46,160 nt of DNA, from assembly GCF_001194135.2 (NCBI RefSeq), contig NC_068982.1:179871925-179918084 (forward strand). Direction: 5' to 3'. Position numbers and translations under genes: made by a program. This DNA comes from Octopus bimaculoides (lineage: Eukaryota). The notes beneath the pieces were generated by a model. The model worked only from the letters and a program-made list of their open reading frames with translations, searched no databases and was not told where the DNA came from. Below are positions 1 through 11,060 of this stretch, piece after piece (within the stretch, counting starts at the first letter, position 1; every line of letters starts with the position of its first letter).

Positions 1-310
1 TGTCTTCCACGTTGTATGATGCTATATCCCCTTCTATTTCGTTAAATGCTTCAAGTAACTTGTCTCTAAGTCTCTGTCCATTTGCAGGGTCTTTAAGCTT
101 CCACACCCTTCTCCTCCAAGCCGGTCTAATTCTGGGCATCCATTTTGCCTTGATCCCAAAGTCGCTAACTACTAATCTATGTTGTGGGGTACATTCTTCG
201 CCAGGGTAGGTTTTGGCATTTATAAGCCGCCCTCTTTCCCTATTTCTGGCGAGGATGTAGTCGATTTGGCTAGAGTGTCTGCCGGAGCGGTAGGTGACTA
301 GGTGACTGGC
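1..310 (-). mobile_element. RTE-clade LINE ORF2 fragment (C-terminal part of APE endonuclease and linker)
   Basis: Minus strand reads HLVTYRSGRHSSQIDYILARNRERGRLINAKTYPGEECTPQHRLVVSDFGIK, containing the APE-domain IDYIL and terminal His motifs. Paralogous to 2590-2830. Confidence 0.9.
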
Positions 311-311
311 A

Positions 312-408
312 GGTTATATATACACACATGTATACTTACATATTTTTATATGTTATTTATATATATATATATTTATACATACATGCATATATATGCATAC
401 ATATATAT

Positions 409-443
<35 letters not shown>

Positions 444-823
444 TTACATATATATACATGTATTTATATATACATACATGCATGCATACATATATGCATA
501 CATATATATAGATATGTACTTACATACTTTTATACGTATAAATTTGTGTGCTTCCTCATACACACATATGCAATACACAACTACATACTTACTCACACAC
601 ACACACGTGTGTGTATGTGTATGTAGTGTTATATCTATATCTATGGGGGGCAATATTTGTTTGTTCCAACAAATGTTCCACAGATTTGTGCGCAAATACA
701 AAATCATCTTGGCATTATGTATGAAGAAAAACGTTCTGAGCTGAAGAAAAGTGATGATGAAAGGCTGATAGTTATAATGGGGTGGTAAACCTTTCCTCTT
801 CTCTCTGTCTCACATAAATTCCT

Positions 824-857
<34 letters not shown>

Positions 858-879
858 ACTGTCTTTCTCCCTCTCTCTC

Positions 880-921
<42 letters not shown>
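312..921. repeat. Compound microsatellite region (TA/TAYA)n, (CT)n, (CA)n
   Basis: Directly visible simple repeats at 312-620 and 815-921. Confidence 0.95.
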
Positions 922-924
<3 letters not shown>

Positions 925-1049
925 GAATGCTGTCAGGATTAAAATTCTACATTAAAAATTCATACCTTCAGAATATTAATAATCAGTTTCAAATATCATG
1001 AAACTTGGAAAATTTATTGTTATTATTCCAAATTTATTGAAAGTGCATT

Positions 1050-1250
1050 GAACTGCAAGAATTATTAGAGCCTTCAGTATTTGTCCCCTCTCTTTACATT
1101 CTAAGTTCAAATCTCTTGTAGGTCAACTTTGCCTTTCATCTTTTCAGGGTCGATGAAATGTGGTACCAATCAAGAACTGGAGTCAATAATATCAATTACT
1201 TTCACCCAATTCAAAATTGATGGCCTTGTGTCTTAATTAGAAACCATTAT
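1050..1250 (+). mobile_element. Degenerate tRNA-derived SINE (family A)
   Basis: Contains the family core GTCAACTTTGCCTTTCATCTTTTCAGGGTCGATGAAAT..GTACCA shared with 17419-17631 and other copies. Confidence 0.75.
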
Positions 1251-1648
1251 TTCGCATTATATTTGTTTATATTTGGAAAAATATTCATATTTTATGCTCT
1301 ACTAACTTAATTTTATCATGTCTGAATAGATTTCAAATTATGTAGGAATTAACAGTCCAATTTATAGAAACTAATCACTGAATATTTTGAAGGATAAACA
1401 AGTTTAAATGTGAAACGATTAATGAGTAAATTATTTTCTATCTTCATGGTACTTGAAACAAACTATTAATTTTTAGAAGATAGGTTCTGTAAATGATGAC
1501 CTTTATTAACATGATTCTTCCAGTGTGTATATATTTTCTAGATATTTTGTCTGAACTATAATTGCTTCTCAGTATTGTTACAAATACTAATTGAGCCCTT
1601 TAAGTAAATATAATCTGATACCAACATGTAAAAATTTAAATGGAATCC

Positions 1649-1650
<2 letters not shown>

Positions 1651-1685
<35 letters not shown>

Positions 1686-3244
1686 GTTTAACGTCCGCTT
1701 TCCATGCTAGCATGGGTTGGACGATTTGACTGAGGACTGGTGAACCAGATGGCTGCACCAGGCTCCAGTGTGATCTGGCAGAGTTTTTACAGCTGGATGC
1801 CCTTCCTAATACCAACCACTCCGAGAGTGTAGTGGATGCTTTTATGTGCCACCAGCACGAGGGCCAGTCAGGCGGTACTGGCAACGGCCACGCTCAAATG
1901 CCGTTTTTTATGTGCAATCTGTACAGGAGCCAGTCCAGCAGCACTGGCAACGACCTCACTCGAATGTTTTCTAACGTACCACTGGCACAAGTGTCAGTAA
2001 GGAGACGCTGGCAACGACCACACTCAAATAGTGCTTTTTATGTGCCACTGGCATGGAAGCCAGACAGCTGCTCCGGCAATGATCACGCTCGGATGGTGTT
2101 GTTAGTGCTCCAATTAGGGCAAGGTCATCAACATAGAGGAGCTTCTAGGGGCATCCTGTCTTGAATTCCTCTGTTATTGCCTGGAGGACTATGATAAATA
2201 GGAGGGGGCTGAGGAATTCTTCACTGTACTCATTGTCAACCCTCACCTTACTGACAGCATCCCTGTACATGGCTCGCACAGCTCTCACTAACCATTCAGC
2301 TATCCCTAGTTTCCTCAGAACATTGGCAAATTTTTTCTCATCTGCTTCCCCTCTGGCTAAATAAACCTGTCTCCTAGCTTCCCTTCTGGCAGTCTGATAC
2401 AATTCCCTGCTACCATCGTTCTTCCAGTCCTTCCAGGCCTGTTTCTTTTGTCTAATAGCCCTGTCAACAACATTGTTTCACCACCACATTATTTTGGGTC
2501 GAGAGGGGACTTTGCACTATCCACAGATTTGGTTAGTGGCTCTCAGCAGGTTGTCCCGTACAAACCTCCAGTTGTCTTCTACATCATGTGAAACTATATC
2601 CCCTTCTATTTCGTCAAGCTTCCAAGCCCTTCTCCTCCATGCTGGTCATCTTCTGTGCAATCACTTAGCTCTGATCCTGAAAACACAAACAACCAGTTTA
2701 TATTGTGGGGTACATTCTTTGCCTGGGAAGGTTTTGGCATTTATAAGCAGCCATGTTCCCCTTTTTCTGGCGAGGATGTAGTCAATTTAGTTAGTGTGTC
2801 TGTCAGAACGGTAGGTGACTAGGTGAATGGCAGGTTTCCTGAAGTTAGTGTTGCAAACCATAAGATCATTTGCATCACAGAATCCAGCAGCCTGGTTCCC
2901 TCCTCATTGCGGGAACCAAAACCATAGCCTCCATGTATGTCATGGAAGCCCCCTGTATATTGTCCAACATGTCCATTGAAGTCACCAGCCACAAAGAGAA
3001 GGTCCCTGTCGTTCATCAATGAGGTAGTTTGCAAGAGGGTGTCATAAAATCGGTCTTTCTGTCCATTGGGTGGTCCCAGCTGAGGGGCATAGGCCAAGAT
3101 AATGGTTGCTATCCCATGATGAAGCACTAATCTAATGTTAAGTATTCTATCACATACTCTGACTACCTCGATTACCTTATCCACCCATTTCTCCGCAAGA
3201 AGTATACTCACACCCCCGACCCCGTCTGTGTTTCCTGCCCAAAA
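1651..3244 (-). mobile_element. 5'-truncated, internally deleted RTE-clade LINE (APE + partial RT + 3' UTR + (ATG)n tail)
   Basis: FWAGNTDGVGGVSILLAEKWVDKVIEV..AYAPQ..AGDFNGHVG (APE, 2819-3244), KLGIAEWLVRAV..LSPLLFIIVL (RT, 2145-2402), then the 3' UTR and a (CAT)n tail on the plus strand at 1651-1685. Confidence 0.95.
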
Positions 3245-4124
3245 TGAAAGAATATTTTTTTTTTCTTTCTCTGGTATTTAAAACTACATGCTAAGTTTTT
3301 GTGCATATGATTTTTAAATGAGGAATATTAATTCTGTTCTGAAATCACAAGCAGTTGCTGCAGAATATCTATGGTTCAACCTCATTCCAAGACCTCAGAA
3401 TTTTTGCTTGATATGCTTGTGTAGCTTAGGACTGTGGGGAAACTCTGCTCAGGATTTGCTGGGGTAAGATGATATTTGGATGAAACAATGATGGAGACTT
3501 GTGGTGGGAGATGGTTGTGGTGAGACAAAAAGGGGGAGATGAGCTAGTGAAAAATGGTGCCAGAAAGTTAAAATAGAGTGGGAGAGATAGAAAGTAAAAG
3601 AAAAAAAAAACAAGTAAAGAAATAGTCAAAAGAAGTTGATCTGAGTTCTAAAAATAATTCTAGCATTGCTGAAGGTAATAGTGAGTCTATGGAAGCATGT
3701 TTCAAACATGTATGAAGGAAAGTTCTTTAGGTAGCACAATGTAGTGGTAGGGAATGAAGAATGTATTAAGAAAAGATTAATTACAAGGGCAGAGACTTAA
3801 AACCTTGTATAGAACACTTACAGGCTAGATGGTGCCATAGATGGGTGTAGCAAGTAGGAGACAATGAAAATGTACATGAACTTTAACTGTATGAGCAAGA
3901 TTGCTAACAGTGGTATAGAAGTATGAAAATCTGTACTGGAATTGGGACAGGGACAACAGAAAGAAACTGGGAGAATTCTCAAGAAAATAGGCAAGGGAGG
4001 AGAATCAGTAAGAGCTAGGATGAGTATATATTCCTCTTATAGTGTAACTGATTCTTCTTAGAGTCATGCAACGAGCAAAGAATCTGTTCGGAAAGTTTCT
4101 CATTACTGCACCTTACATTCTCTG

Positions 4125-4225
4125 TTACTTTTGCCTACAGTTTTTGTTCTCAGCTGTTTGTAAATCAGTGCCCACTTTCATCAAAAGATGTTTTACAAAT
4201 GTTTCCTCCAAATGTTTGGCAATAA
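4125..4225 (-). CDS. Candidate terminal coding exon of unknown host gene
   Basis: Strong acceptor (T)n-AG at 4226-4240, then phase-1 IAKHLEETFVKHLLMKVGTDLQTAENKNCRQK and a stop. No homology recognised. Confidence 0.2.
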
Positions 4226-4606
4226 CTAAAAAAAAAAAAACAATGAAATGTACAAAATGAATTAGTCAAACAGGAGTTAATTTTGGGTGGTGGTTTTGTT
4301 ATCCACGTGATCTTATATAATCACATCCAGCATGTGCCACTTTTTAGATATTGGCATGGAGTAGGGCCCTCTATGCTATATTTTCATGGTCATTGTTTAA
4401 AGAAAGAGAGGTCTTACACGATAAAATTATTAAGACATTAAAGTAATGTATGTAACTACAAAACAGATCAAAAAGCAATCTCATTAGTGCTGGTGTTATA
4501 TATAAACATGCATAATGCATTCTGTAAAATAGTTGGTGAATGAGAGACCCCTTTAACCTATCTTTAAAAATTTGACAACCATGATAAAATGCTCACAGTA
4601 TCAATA

Positions 4607-5970
4607 TCTATAAAACACAAGATGTTTGTGTGTGTGTGTGCGTGATGTGGGTTATGCACGTCCACAAATTAGTACGCATGTCGCTCCAATTTTAGGAGGA
4701 CATTGTTCATGACCCTATCTGTGTTTTTGTCAACTTTTTCTCAGAGGCACCCGCGTATAGCTGTAAAAATCGATAAACTTTTACCAATTTTGAAGTTTGT
4801 TGACATGGCGAAGTCAAATCTGTGCGTACGCGCGTGAAGGAGAGAGAGAGCAAGAGAGAGAGAAAGAAAGAAAGAGAGGGAGAAAGAAAAAAGAGAGAAA
4901 GAAAGAAATAGTGTGTTTGCNNNNNNNNNNNNNNNNNNNNNNNNNNNNNNNNNNNNNNNNNNNNNNNNNNNNNNNNNNNNNNNNNNNNNNNNNNNNNNNN
5001 NNNNNNNNNNNNNNNNNNNNNNNNNNNNNNNNNNNNNNNNNNNNNNNNNNNNNNNNNNNNNNNNNNNNNNNNNNNNNNNNNNNNNNNNNNNNNNNNNNNN
5101 NNNNNNNNNNNNNNNNNNNNNNNNNNNNNNNNNNNNNNNNNNNNNNNNNNNNNNNNNNNNNNNNNNNNNNNNNNNNNNNNNNNNNNNNNNNNNNNNNNNN
5201 NNNNNNNNNNNNNNNNNNNNNNNNNNNNNNNNNNNNNNNNNNNNNNNNNNNNNNNNNNNNNNNNNNNNNNNNNNNNNNNNNNNNNNNNNNNNNNNNNNNN
5301 NNNNNNNNNNNNNNNNNNNNNNNNNNNNNNNNNNNNNNNNNNNNNNNNNNNNNNNNNNNNNNNNNNNNNNNNNNNNNNNNNNNNNNNNNNNNNNNNNNNN
5401 NNNNNNNNNNNNNNNNNNNNNNNNNNNNNNNNNNNNNNNNNNNNNNNNNNNNNNNNNNNNNNNNNNNNNNNNNNNNNNNNNNNNNNNNNNNNNNNNNNNN
5501 NNNNNNNNNNNNNNNNNNNNNNNNNNNNNNNNNNNNNNNNNNNNNNNNNNNNNNNNNNNNNNNNNNNNNNNNNNNNNNNNNNNNNNNNNNNNNNNNNNNN
5601 NNNNNNNNNNNNNNNNNNNNNNNNNNNNNNNNNNNNNNNNNNNNNNNNNNNNNNNNNNNNNNNNNNNNNNNNNNNNNNNNNNNNNNNNNNNNNNNNNNNN
5701 NNNNNNNNNNNNNNNNNNNNNNNNNNNNNNNNNNNNNNNNNNNNNNNNNNNNNNNNNNNNNNAAAAGAGTCAATAAGTGAAAATAACCAATAAACTGATT
5801 CCTTATGGGATTTCCCAATCAAATTGCCAGCAAACCATTTTCAGCCAAACCAATTTCAACGGATTTCGCTCAAATCTGATGTCGATGTTACTTATTTTGG
5901 TTTGAAATAAAGGACTTAATCATTTAATAATCCTAGCTTAATCCCGAGCAGCGCCGGGTTATACTGCTAG
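4607..5970 (+). mobile_element. Non-autonomous Helitron-like element spanning an assembly gap
   Basis: A|TCTATAAAAC at the 5' end (4607). CCCG-AGCAGCGC-CGGG hairpin (5943-5958) 8 nt before CTAG|T (5967-5971). Inserted between A and T with no TSD. Internal microsatellites. Confidence 0.75.
4921..5762. other. Assembly gap (others at 15011-15020, 22021-22537, 23511-23765, 31840-31872, 34752-34935, 36015-36024, 36687-37448)
   Basis: Runs of N. Confidence 1.
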
Positions 5971-6769
5971 TACTTTATAAAATGGGCGATGATAGAAAGG
6001 GCAACCAGCCATATAAACAAGGCCAAAAGTAAATTGACTCCAACTATGATCAGCCATCCATGTCAGTAAGGAAAGCAGATGTAAAACGATGATGATGGTA
6101 GTGGTGGTGGTGGTGGTGGTAGCAATGACGGTGATGATGATAATAAGGTCGATGAACAACATTACAATCTAAATTTCAAATAAAATACTATTAACTTTAT
6201 TACTGGTGTCAACAAACCAAACACATATATCAATATTTGGCTGCCATTAGGATAGAAAAAGAGAAACAAATAAAGAAAAAAACAACCAACTCTAAATTCA
6301 AGATATTCAACAAATTATTAAAATTCCAAAAGCAATATTTAATAATTCAAAAGTCACTAATGGCTGTCTTGTGTTTGATGGGATTTTGCTAATATCAAAA
6401 TATTAAACTTGAGCTTTGATAAACAGAGCCTCAAATCTCCCTGTATTAGTATTCTACTTTACTATTTAGCTAAAAGCTGTACAACTATGCTGAATCCTTT
6501 CTCAACTAGGAACATGGAAGGAAAGCTAACGACAGCAGCCTTACTTTTTCCATAAATGAGATATCTATTTTTTATATCTAATAACTCAAAAGCTTATTGA
6601 TATTCTAATCCCACAAAAGAGTTTTATGAAAATACATTTAATATATATATATATATACTGTACATGACTTTGATATTATATTTCCAAGGAAAATCTTACA
6701 CATATCTTGGAGAACTCATCCCACCAAGAAACAACTGCATGGAGATCTCTTGTCTGTTTCCACCACCAT

Positions 6770-6996
6770 ATGGAATAGGCTTTTGTGCTATGTGGGACAT
6801 TGATGACAAGGCAAACAAGAGCTGGCAAGTGACCTACTGCTATGGATGCCAAAGCATAGTGGCACTCAAGGAGGTCATCTGAAAACAATGTATATAGATC
6901 AACTCACTAGACACACTGGACGCCCCCTCAAAGACTTCCTTCAACACATGCAGGGCCAAAATGGATGGCATGCATGGGTTAGAAATGTCCAGATGA
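6770..6996 (+). mobile_element. Old RTE-like LINE, ORF2 C-terminal remnant (second family)
   Basis: With a frameshift it reads RLLCYVGH..QELASDLLLWMPKHSGTQGGHLKTMYIDQLTRHTG..W, matching the LxxxGH..LLW.P.HG..GRP..TYIDQL pattern of RTE C-termini. Confidence 0.75.
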
Positions 6997-7113
6997 AGAG
7001 AAAAAAAAAATCATGATCCCTTTAAAACACCCAGTGTCCTCATTACACTCTTTGACATTTGCTCCCCTTAGGTTGAGGATCACTGACCTATAGAAATCAG
7101 GATAAGTATATAT

Positions 7114-7412
7114 ACTTCATGGTTGAGTGGTTAGCAGTATGAAAGATGTCATTCATGGTTGGATGGTAGTAGCATTTGAGATTTATAATTGCAGTATAAT
7201 TAGAAAATTTATAACCAGATACTAAATTCAGCATTAACTGAAACTGCAATAAAAGGAATTTTCTTGTATGCATAAATGTAGTATTCTGTATTATATACTG
7301 AATATTGGAGATCTAGGATGGAGATTGGTAGTAAATGAGATGGGCATAATATGCTACGCTGTAAGAAAATGGGATCACAAATGAAGAGATAGATAAATAG
7401 ATAGATAGAGAT

Positions 7413-7480
<68 letters not shown>

Positions 7481-7808
7481 TGTGTGTACTATAGATCACA
7501 TTACTAGTACAGACATGTCATTAATGAAAAGTAGCAGGAGACTGAATTATGTATGTTGTCAGTGGAGGGTAGCCATGGCAGAAGCAGACTAATGGAAGTG
7601 TAGGTTGGGGTGGGGATGGAGTGAGATAAGCCCCAAGCATGCTGGGTATCACAGATGAATTAATGAAAAGACCAAGAGTGGATATGCAGACTCATCATAC
7701 TCATGTAATCATAGAGAAATGGGATGTTAAAATGCTGATATCTCAAATGCTACAACCGTCCAACCATGAAGGACGTATTTCATACTGCTAACCACTCAAC
7801 CATGAAGT
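7114..7808. mobile_element. Putative MITE/foldback with 69-bp inverted arms
   Basis: 7114-7182 is the reverse complement of 7740-7808 at 64/69 positions. No clear TSD. Confidence 0.6.
7424..7486. repeat. (GA)n microsatellite with GATA and GT flanks
   Basis: Visible. Confidence 0.95.
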
Positions 7809-8014
7809 TAACTTCTGTGTTTGTTCAATCAATGGAATAAATATAGCTTTATAAGGACACTACAAATGTAAACAATTTGGTAGGACCAGCACTTTAGACC
7901 CCATGCAGAGTTTCTTCTTTTGAATTCTCTCTCTATTTACATTAACTTTCTGCCTTATATACTCCTGTGTTTGTTGTATGTATGTATCATTCAACCACTA
8001 ACGTGGTTGAATAG

Positions 8015-8407
8015 TCCACCATTTTATCAATCGCAGCAACTTCCAAGCTTCACCACTAATTCAGTTCTCAACTAAATTGCTAACTGTTAGCAGTTTTAAA
8101 GAGGACACTGCCTCAGCTACACTTTGGCACAAATAGTTTGAGATTTGGTTCAGTAGAAGAAAAGTTACATCAAAATATCTGCGACTTCAAGGGTAGGGGC
8201 AGTAAGGTACCTATTCATCTTCAATTAACATAAACATTTTAATTTTAAAATAAAAGTATACTTTTCTTAGGCTTAAATGATAGAAAAATGTATGAGGAAT
8301 TCAGAATCGTTAGTCGCATTGAACAAAATTTAGTAGAAGAAAAGTTATGGGGTAAAATGCTACGAAATTTCATGTCAGTAAGTAGGAGAGTAAGGCAGTA
8401 ACGCTTC
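8015..8407 (+). repeat. Unclassified ~390-bp interspersed repeat, copy 1
   Basis: Reverse complement aligns along its length with 38343-38728. Confidence 0.85.
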
Positions 8408-8576
8408 AGCTATAAGAATAAAGAATGTATTGCTAAAACCAATGTTTACTTTCTAAGGCAAACTGGCAGAAATGTTAGTGCACTGTATGTTTGTATGTAT
8501 GTATGCATGCATGTATGTATGTATGTATGTATGTATGTATGGATATGTGTGTGTGTGAAGTGTGAGTATGTGTGTG

Positions 8577-8611
<35 letters not shown>

Positions 8612-8714
8612 GCACTATGTATATATACATTAGCAATTTGCTAAATCAACCATAGATTTCTATAGGGTACTGGTGGTGATCTTATGTGGAATCTGGTGAG
8701 TTGTGCTGACCCCA

Positions 8715-8748
8715 CTAAAGAGGCTTCAGTCTTAAAGCCGAAACCGTC
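8715..8748 (+). ncRNA. Degenerate hammerhead-ribozyme-like motif
   Basis: CTAAAGA (CUGANGA with G5A) - GGCTT/AAGCC 5-bp stem II - GAAA - CCG - TC. No convincing helix I. Confidence 0.35.
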
Positions 8749-9341
8749 GACAATATAGGGATATCACGACTGCCACTTTCGGCCGTTTTCAGTTGCTGTC
8801 AGTATATATACAATTATGGACATTGACTGCAGCATCAGAGTACTTTAGCTCTTATTTCTAGCATTGTAGGGGTTCTAACACCCTCTGTCATATCTAATGA
8901 CAATTATAGTTTTCCTTTTTGGTTATATAAATATATATATATATATATGCACAAACACATACACACACATGCTTACATACATAAATGTACATATACATAT
9001 ATACACACTTTCACTCACACACACACAACAAGTGTCTGTGTGTACAAGCATAATACTTTCTTGCTCATTCACTATACATTTATAACAAGGAGCAATAGCA
9101 ATGTGCTACATCACAAATTTAAAATACAGAACTTCAGTGGAAAATGTTAGCAAAAAACCCAAAGCAGATCAAAGAATTGATCATAAGTTGTTGATTTGGA
9201 TCTTTTCTATTTGGTTGCCCTTCTTGAAATTTTAAAATTAAGTGAAAATTTTCAAATTTGGTGTATTGGTGTAATTTTTCATGCTGACTCTCGGAGCCTA
9301 ATTCACTTGTTTCAGAAAATAAAAAAAAAAAGTTACAGTGT

Positions 9342-10104
9342 TTAAACCCTTTAGTATTCTGATTACCCTGTTAAATGTAAAGTTTAATTATTTACATTGT
9401 TTTGAAGTAACCATGCATAATCTTGTGGTGTCAAGATGTTGCTGATGTCATTATCATCATCATCGTTTAACATCCACTCTCCATGTTGGCATGGGTTGGA
9501 CAGTTTCACTGAGGTCTGGCAAGCTAGTGGGCTGCACCAGGCTCCAATCTGATCTGGCAAGGTTTCTACAGCTGGATGCCCTTCCTAACATCAACCACTC
9601 TGAGATTGTAAAGGGTGCTATTTACGTGCCACTGGCATTGGAGCCAGTCAGGTGGCACTGGCATTGACCACACTCGAATGGTGCTTTTTATGTGCCACCA
9701 GCACAGGTACTAGTTAGGTGTCACTGGCATTGGCCACAACAATGATTTCACTTGTCTCAACAGGTCTTCTCAAGCACAGCATATTGCCCGACGATTGAAG
9801 GGAACTCTTAAATGGGCCAGTTATGTGACACTGGCATCGGCCATGGCTACAATCTCACTTGGCTTGTCGGGCCTTCTCAAGCACAGCATATCTCCAAAGG
9901 TCTTGGTTGCTTATCATTGCCTCTGTGAGGCCTAATGTTCGAAGGTCGTGCTTCACCACCTCATCCTAGGTCTTCTTGGGTCTGATTATTTACTTTTACA
10001 ATAACATTGTATGGTAAGTGAGAGAACCAGGGTTTGGCTGATTTGAACATAAAGCAGATAGAATATTTTGGCTGGATATGGCCAGTTTAAATGCTAAAGT
10101 GCTA
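9342..10104 (-). mobile_element. piggyBac-like (TTAA) MITE split by an RTE insertion
   Basis: 9342-9450 and 9985-10104 match the two halves of the element at 25525-25737. Termini CCCTTTAGTATT and AATGCTAAAGTG. Confidence 0.75.
9455..9985 (-). mobile_element. RTE LINE 3' end (ORF2 end + 3' UTR + tail)
   Basis: Minus strand RPKKT*DEVVKHDLRTLGLTEAMISNQDLWRYAVLEK followed by a 3' UTR matching 1685-2100. Confidence 0.9.
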
Positions 10105-10429
10105 AATCTGATAATTTTTTACCCAGTCAGAGAACAGGATTTGGAAGCTATTATTTTGTGCATGACTGCAATCATAAGATGGCAAAGCAATAATGTCAAC
10201 ATTGTGATGATGGCACATGTTTTAAGCATCTAATAAGTGAAAAACAACCAAAAAAACAAGTAAACAACGTATATTTTGTAGTTTTATGCATTCAATATGC
10301 ATTTAATGTGAAAAAAAGAGTAAACAACATATTTTGTATCTTTAAGAGCAGAAAAAATGAACTGTAAACAAATGAAATATTTTGTAAACACATAGTTTTT
10401 ATTTTTTGGAAACACATGTGGTAAATCAC

Positions 10430-10670
10430 AGGGAAATTCCCAATGCTTGGCTTGTTGCCATAGAAATGAGAACTGATATGTCTGTGGCTTTCGATTGGCT
10501 AAATTACTCAAAATCTGCAAATTTTAAAAGCTATCAACTGTTTATTTATTGATTTATGGTGAAAATGCATTTCACGGAAATAATGAGCATAGAAAACTAC
10601 ATCCACACACCAAATTTGAAATGAGCAGAAACAAAACTGAAGAAATTGAATAATGGCAGCCAAATGTCAT
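10430..10670 (+). repeat. Interspersed repeat carrying an X-box-like palindrome and an inverted CCAAT (family X, copy 1)
   Basis: Aligns with 41480-41700, including 40 identical bp (10519-10558 = 41562-41601). GTTGCCATAGAAAT at 10454, GATTGGCT at 10493. Confidence 0.8.
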
Positions 10671-10819
10671 TTTTAGTGTAGTTCACCTAGTTTTACAGTG
10701 ACACCAGAGATGATAAAGTGAGTAACAGGGAAAGTTACAAAGGTGCGGGCAGTTTTTGATGGACTGATCAACAAGGAAGTGACCTACAACTGATATATAT
10801 TTTATGACATACATACATA

Positions 10820-11060
10820 TAATCATCACCATCATCATAATTTGATGCCCCCTTTTCCATGATTGCATGGATTGGATGGTCAGATAAGAACAGATGAGCC
10901 AGAAGGCTGTTCCAGGTTTTCTGTATTTACTTTGGCATGATCTCTACTGCTGGATGCTTTCCCTAGCATCAACCACTTAACAAAATGTTCTAGGTGCTTG
11001 TTACGTGGCACCTACTCTGTTGAGGTCACCAAGTTATCGCAAGATAAGATCCCTCAACTA
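10820..11060 (-). mobile_element. Diverged RTE 3' UTR copy
   Basis: (CAT)n-like tail then TTTTCCATGATTGCATGGATTGGA..CTGGATGCTTTCCCTAGCATCAACCAC, matching the family 3' end. Confidence 0.7.

Noticed and set aside
302-744. YI/CV/LS-rich ORFs (also at 15338, 19989, 23920, 30215, 35451, 41950)
   Set aside because: Translations of dinucleotide and tetranucleotide microsatellites.
967-1052. Minus-strand acceptor/donor pair
   Set aside because: Stops in all three frames, and the acceptor lies in a degenerate SINE head.
4707-5822. Long ORFs of 200-370 aa here and at 21711-22645, 23323-24154, 34680-34980 and 36609-37649
   Set aside because: They are open only because they run through N gaps.
6664-6882. 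72-aa ORF after a CAAG acceptor as a host exon
   Set aside because: Better explained as an off-frame reading of an RTE remnant.
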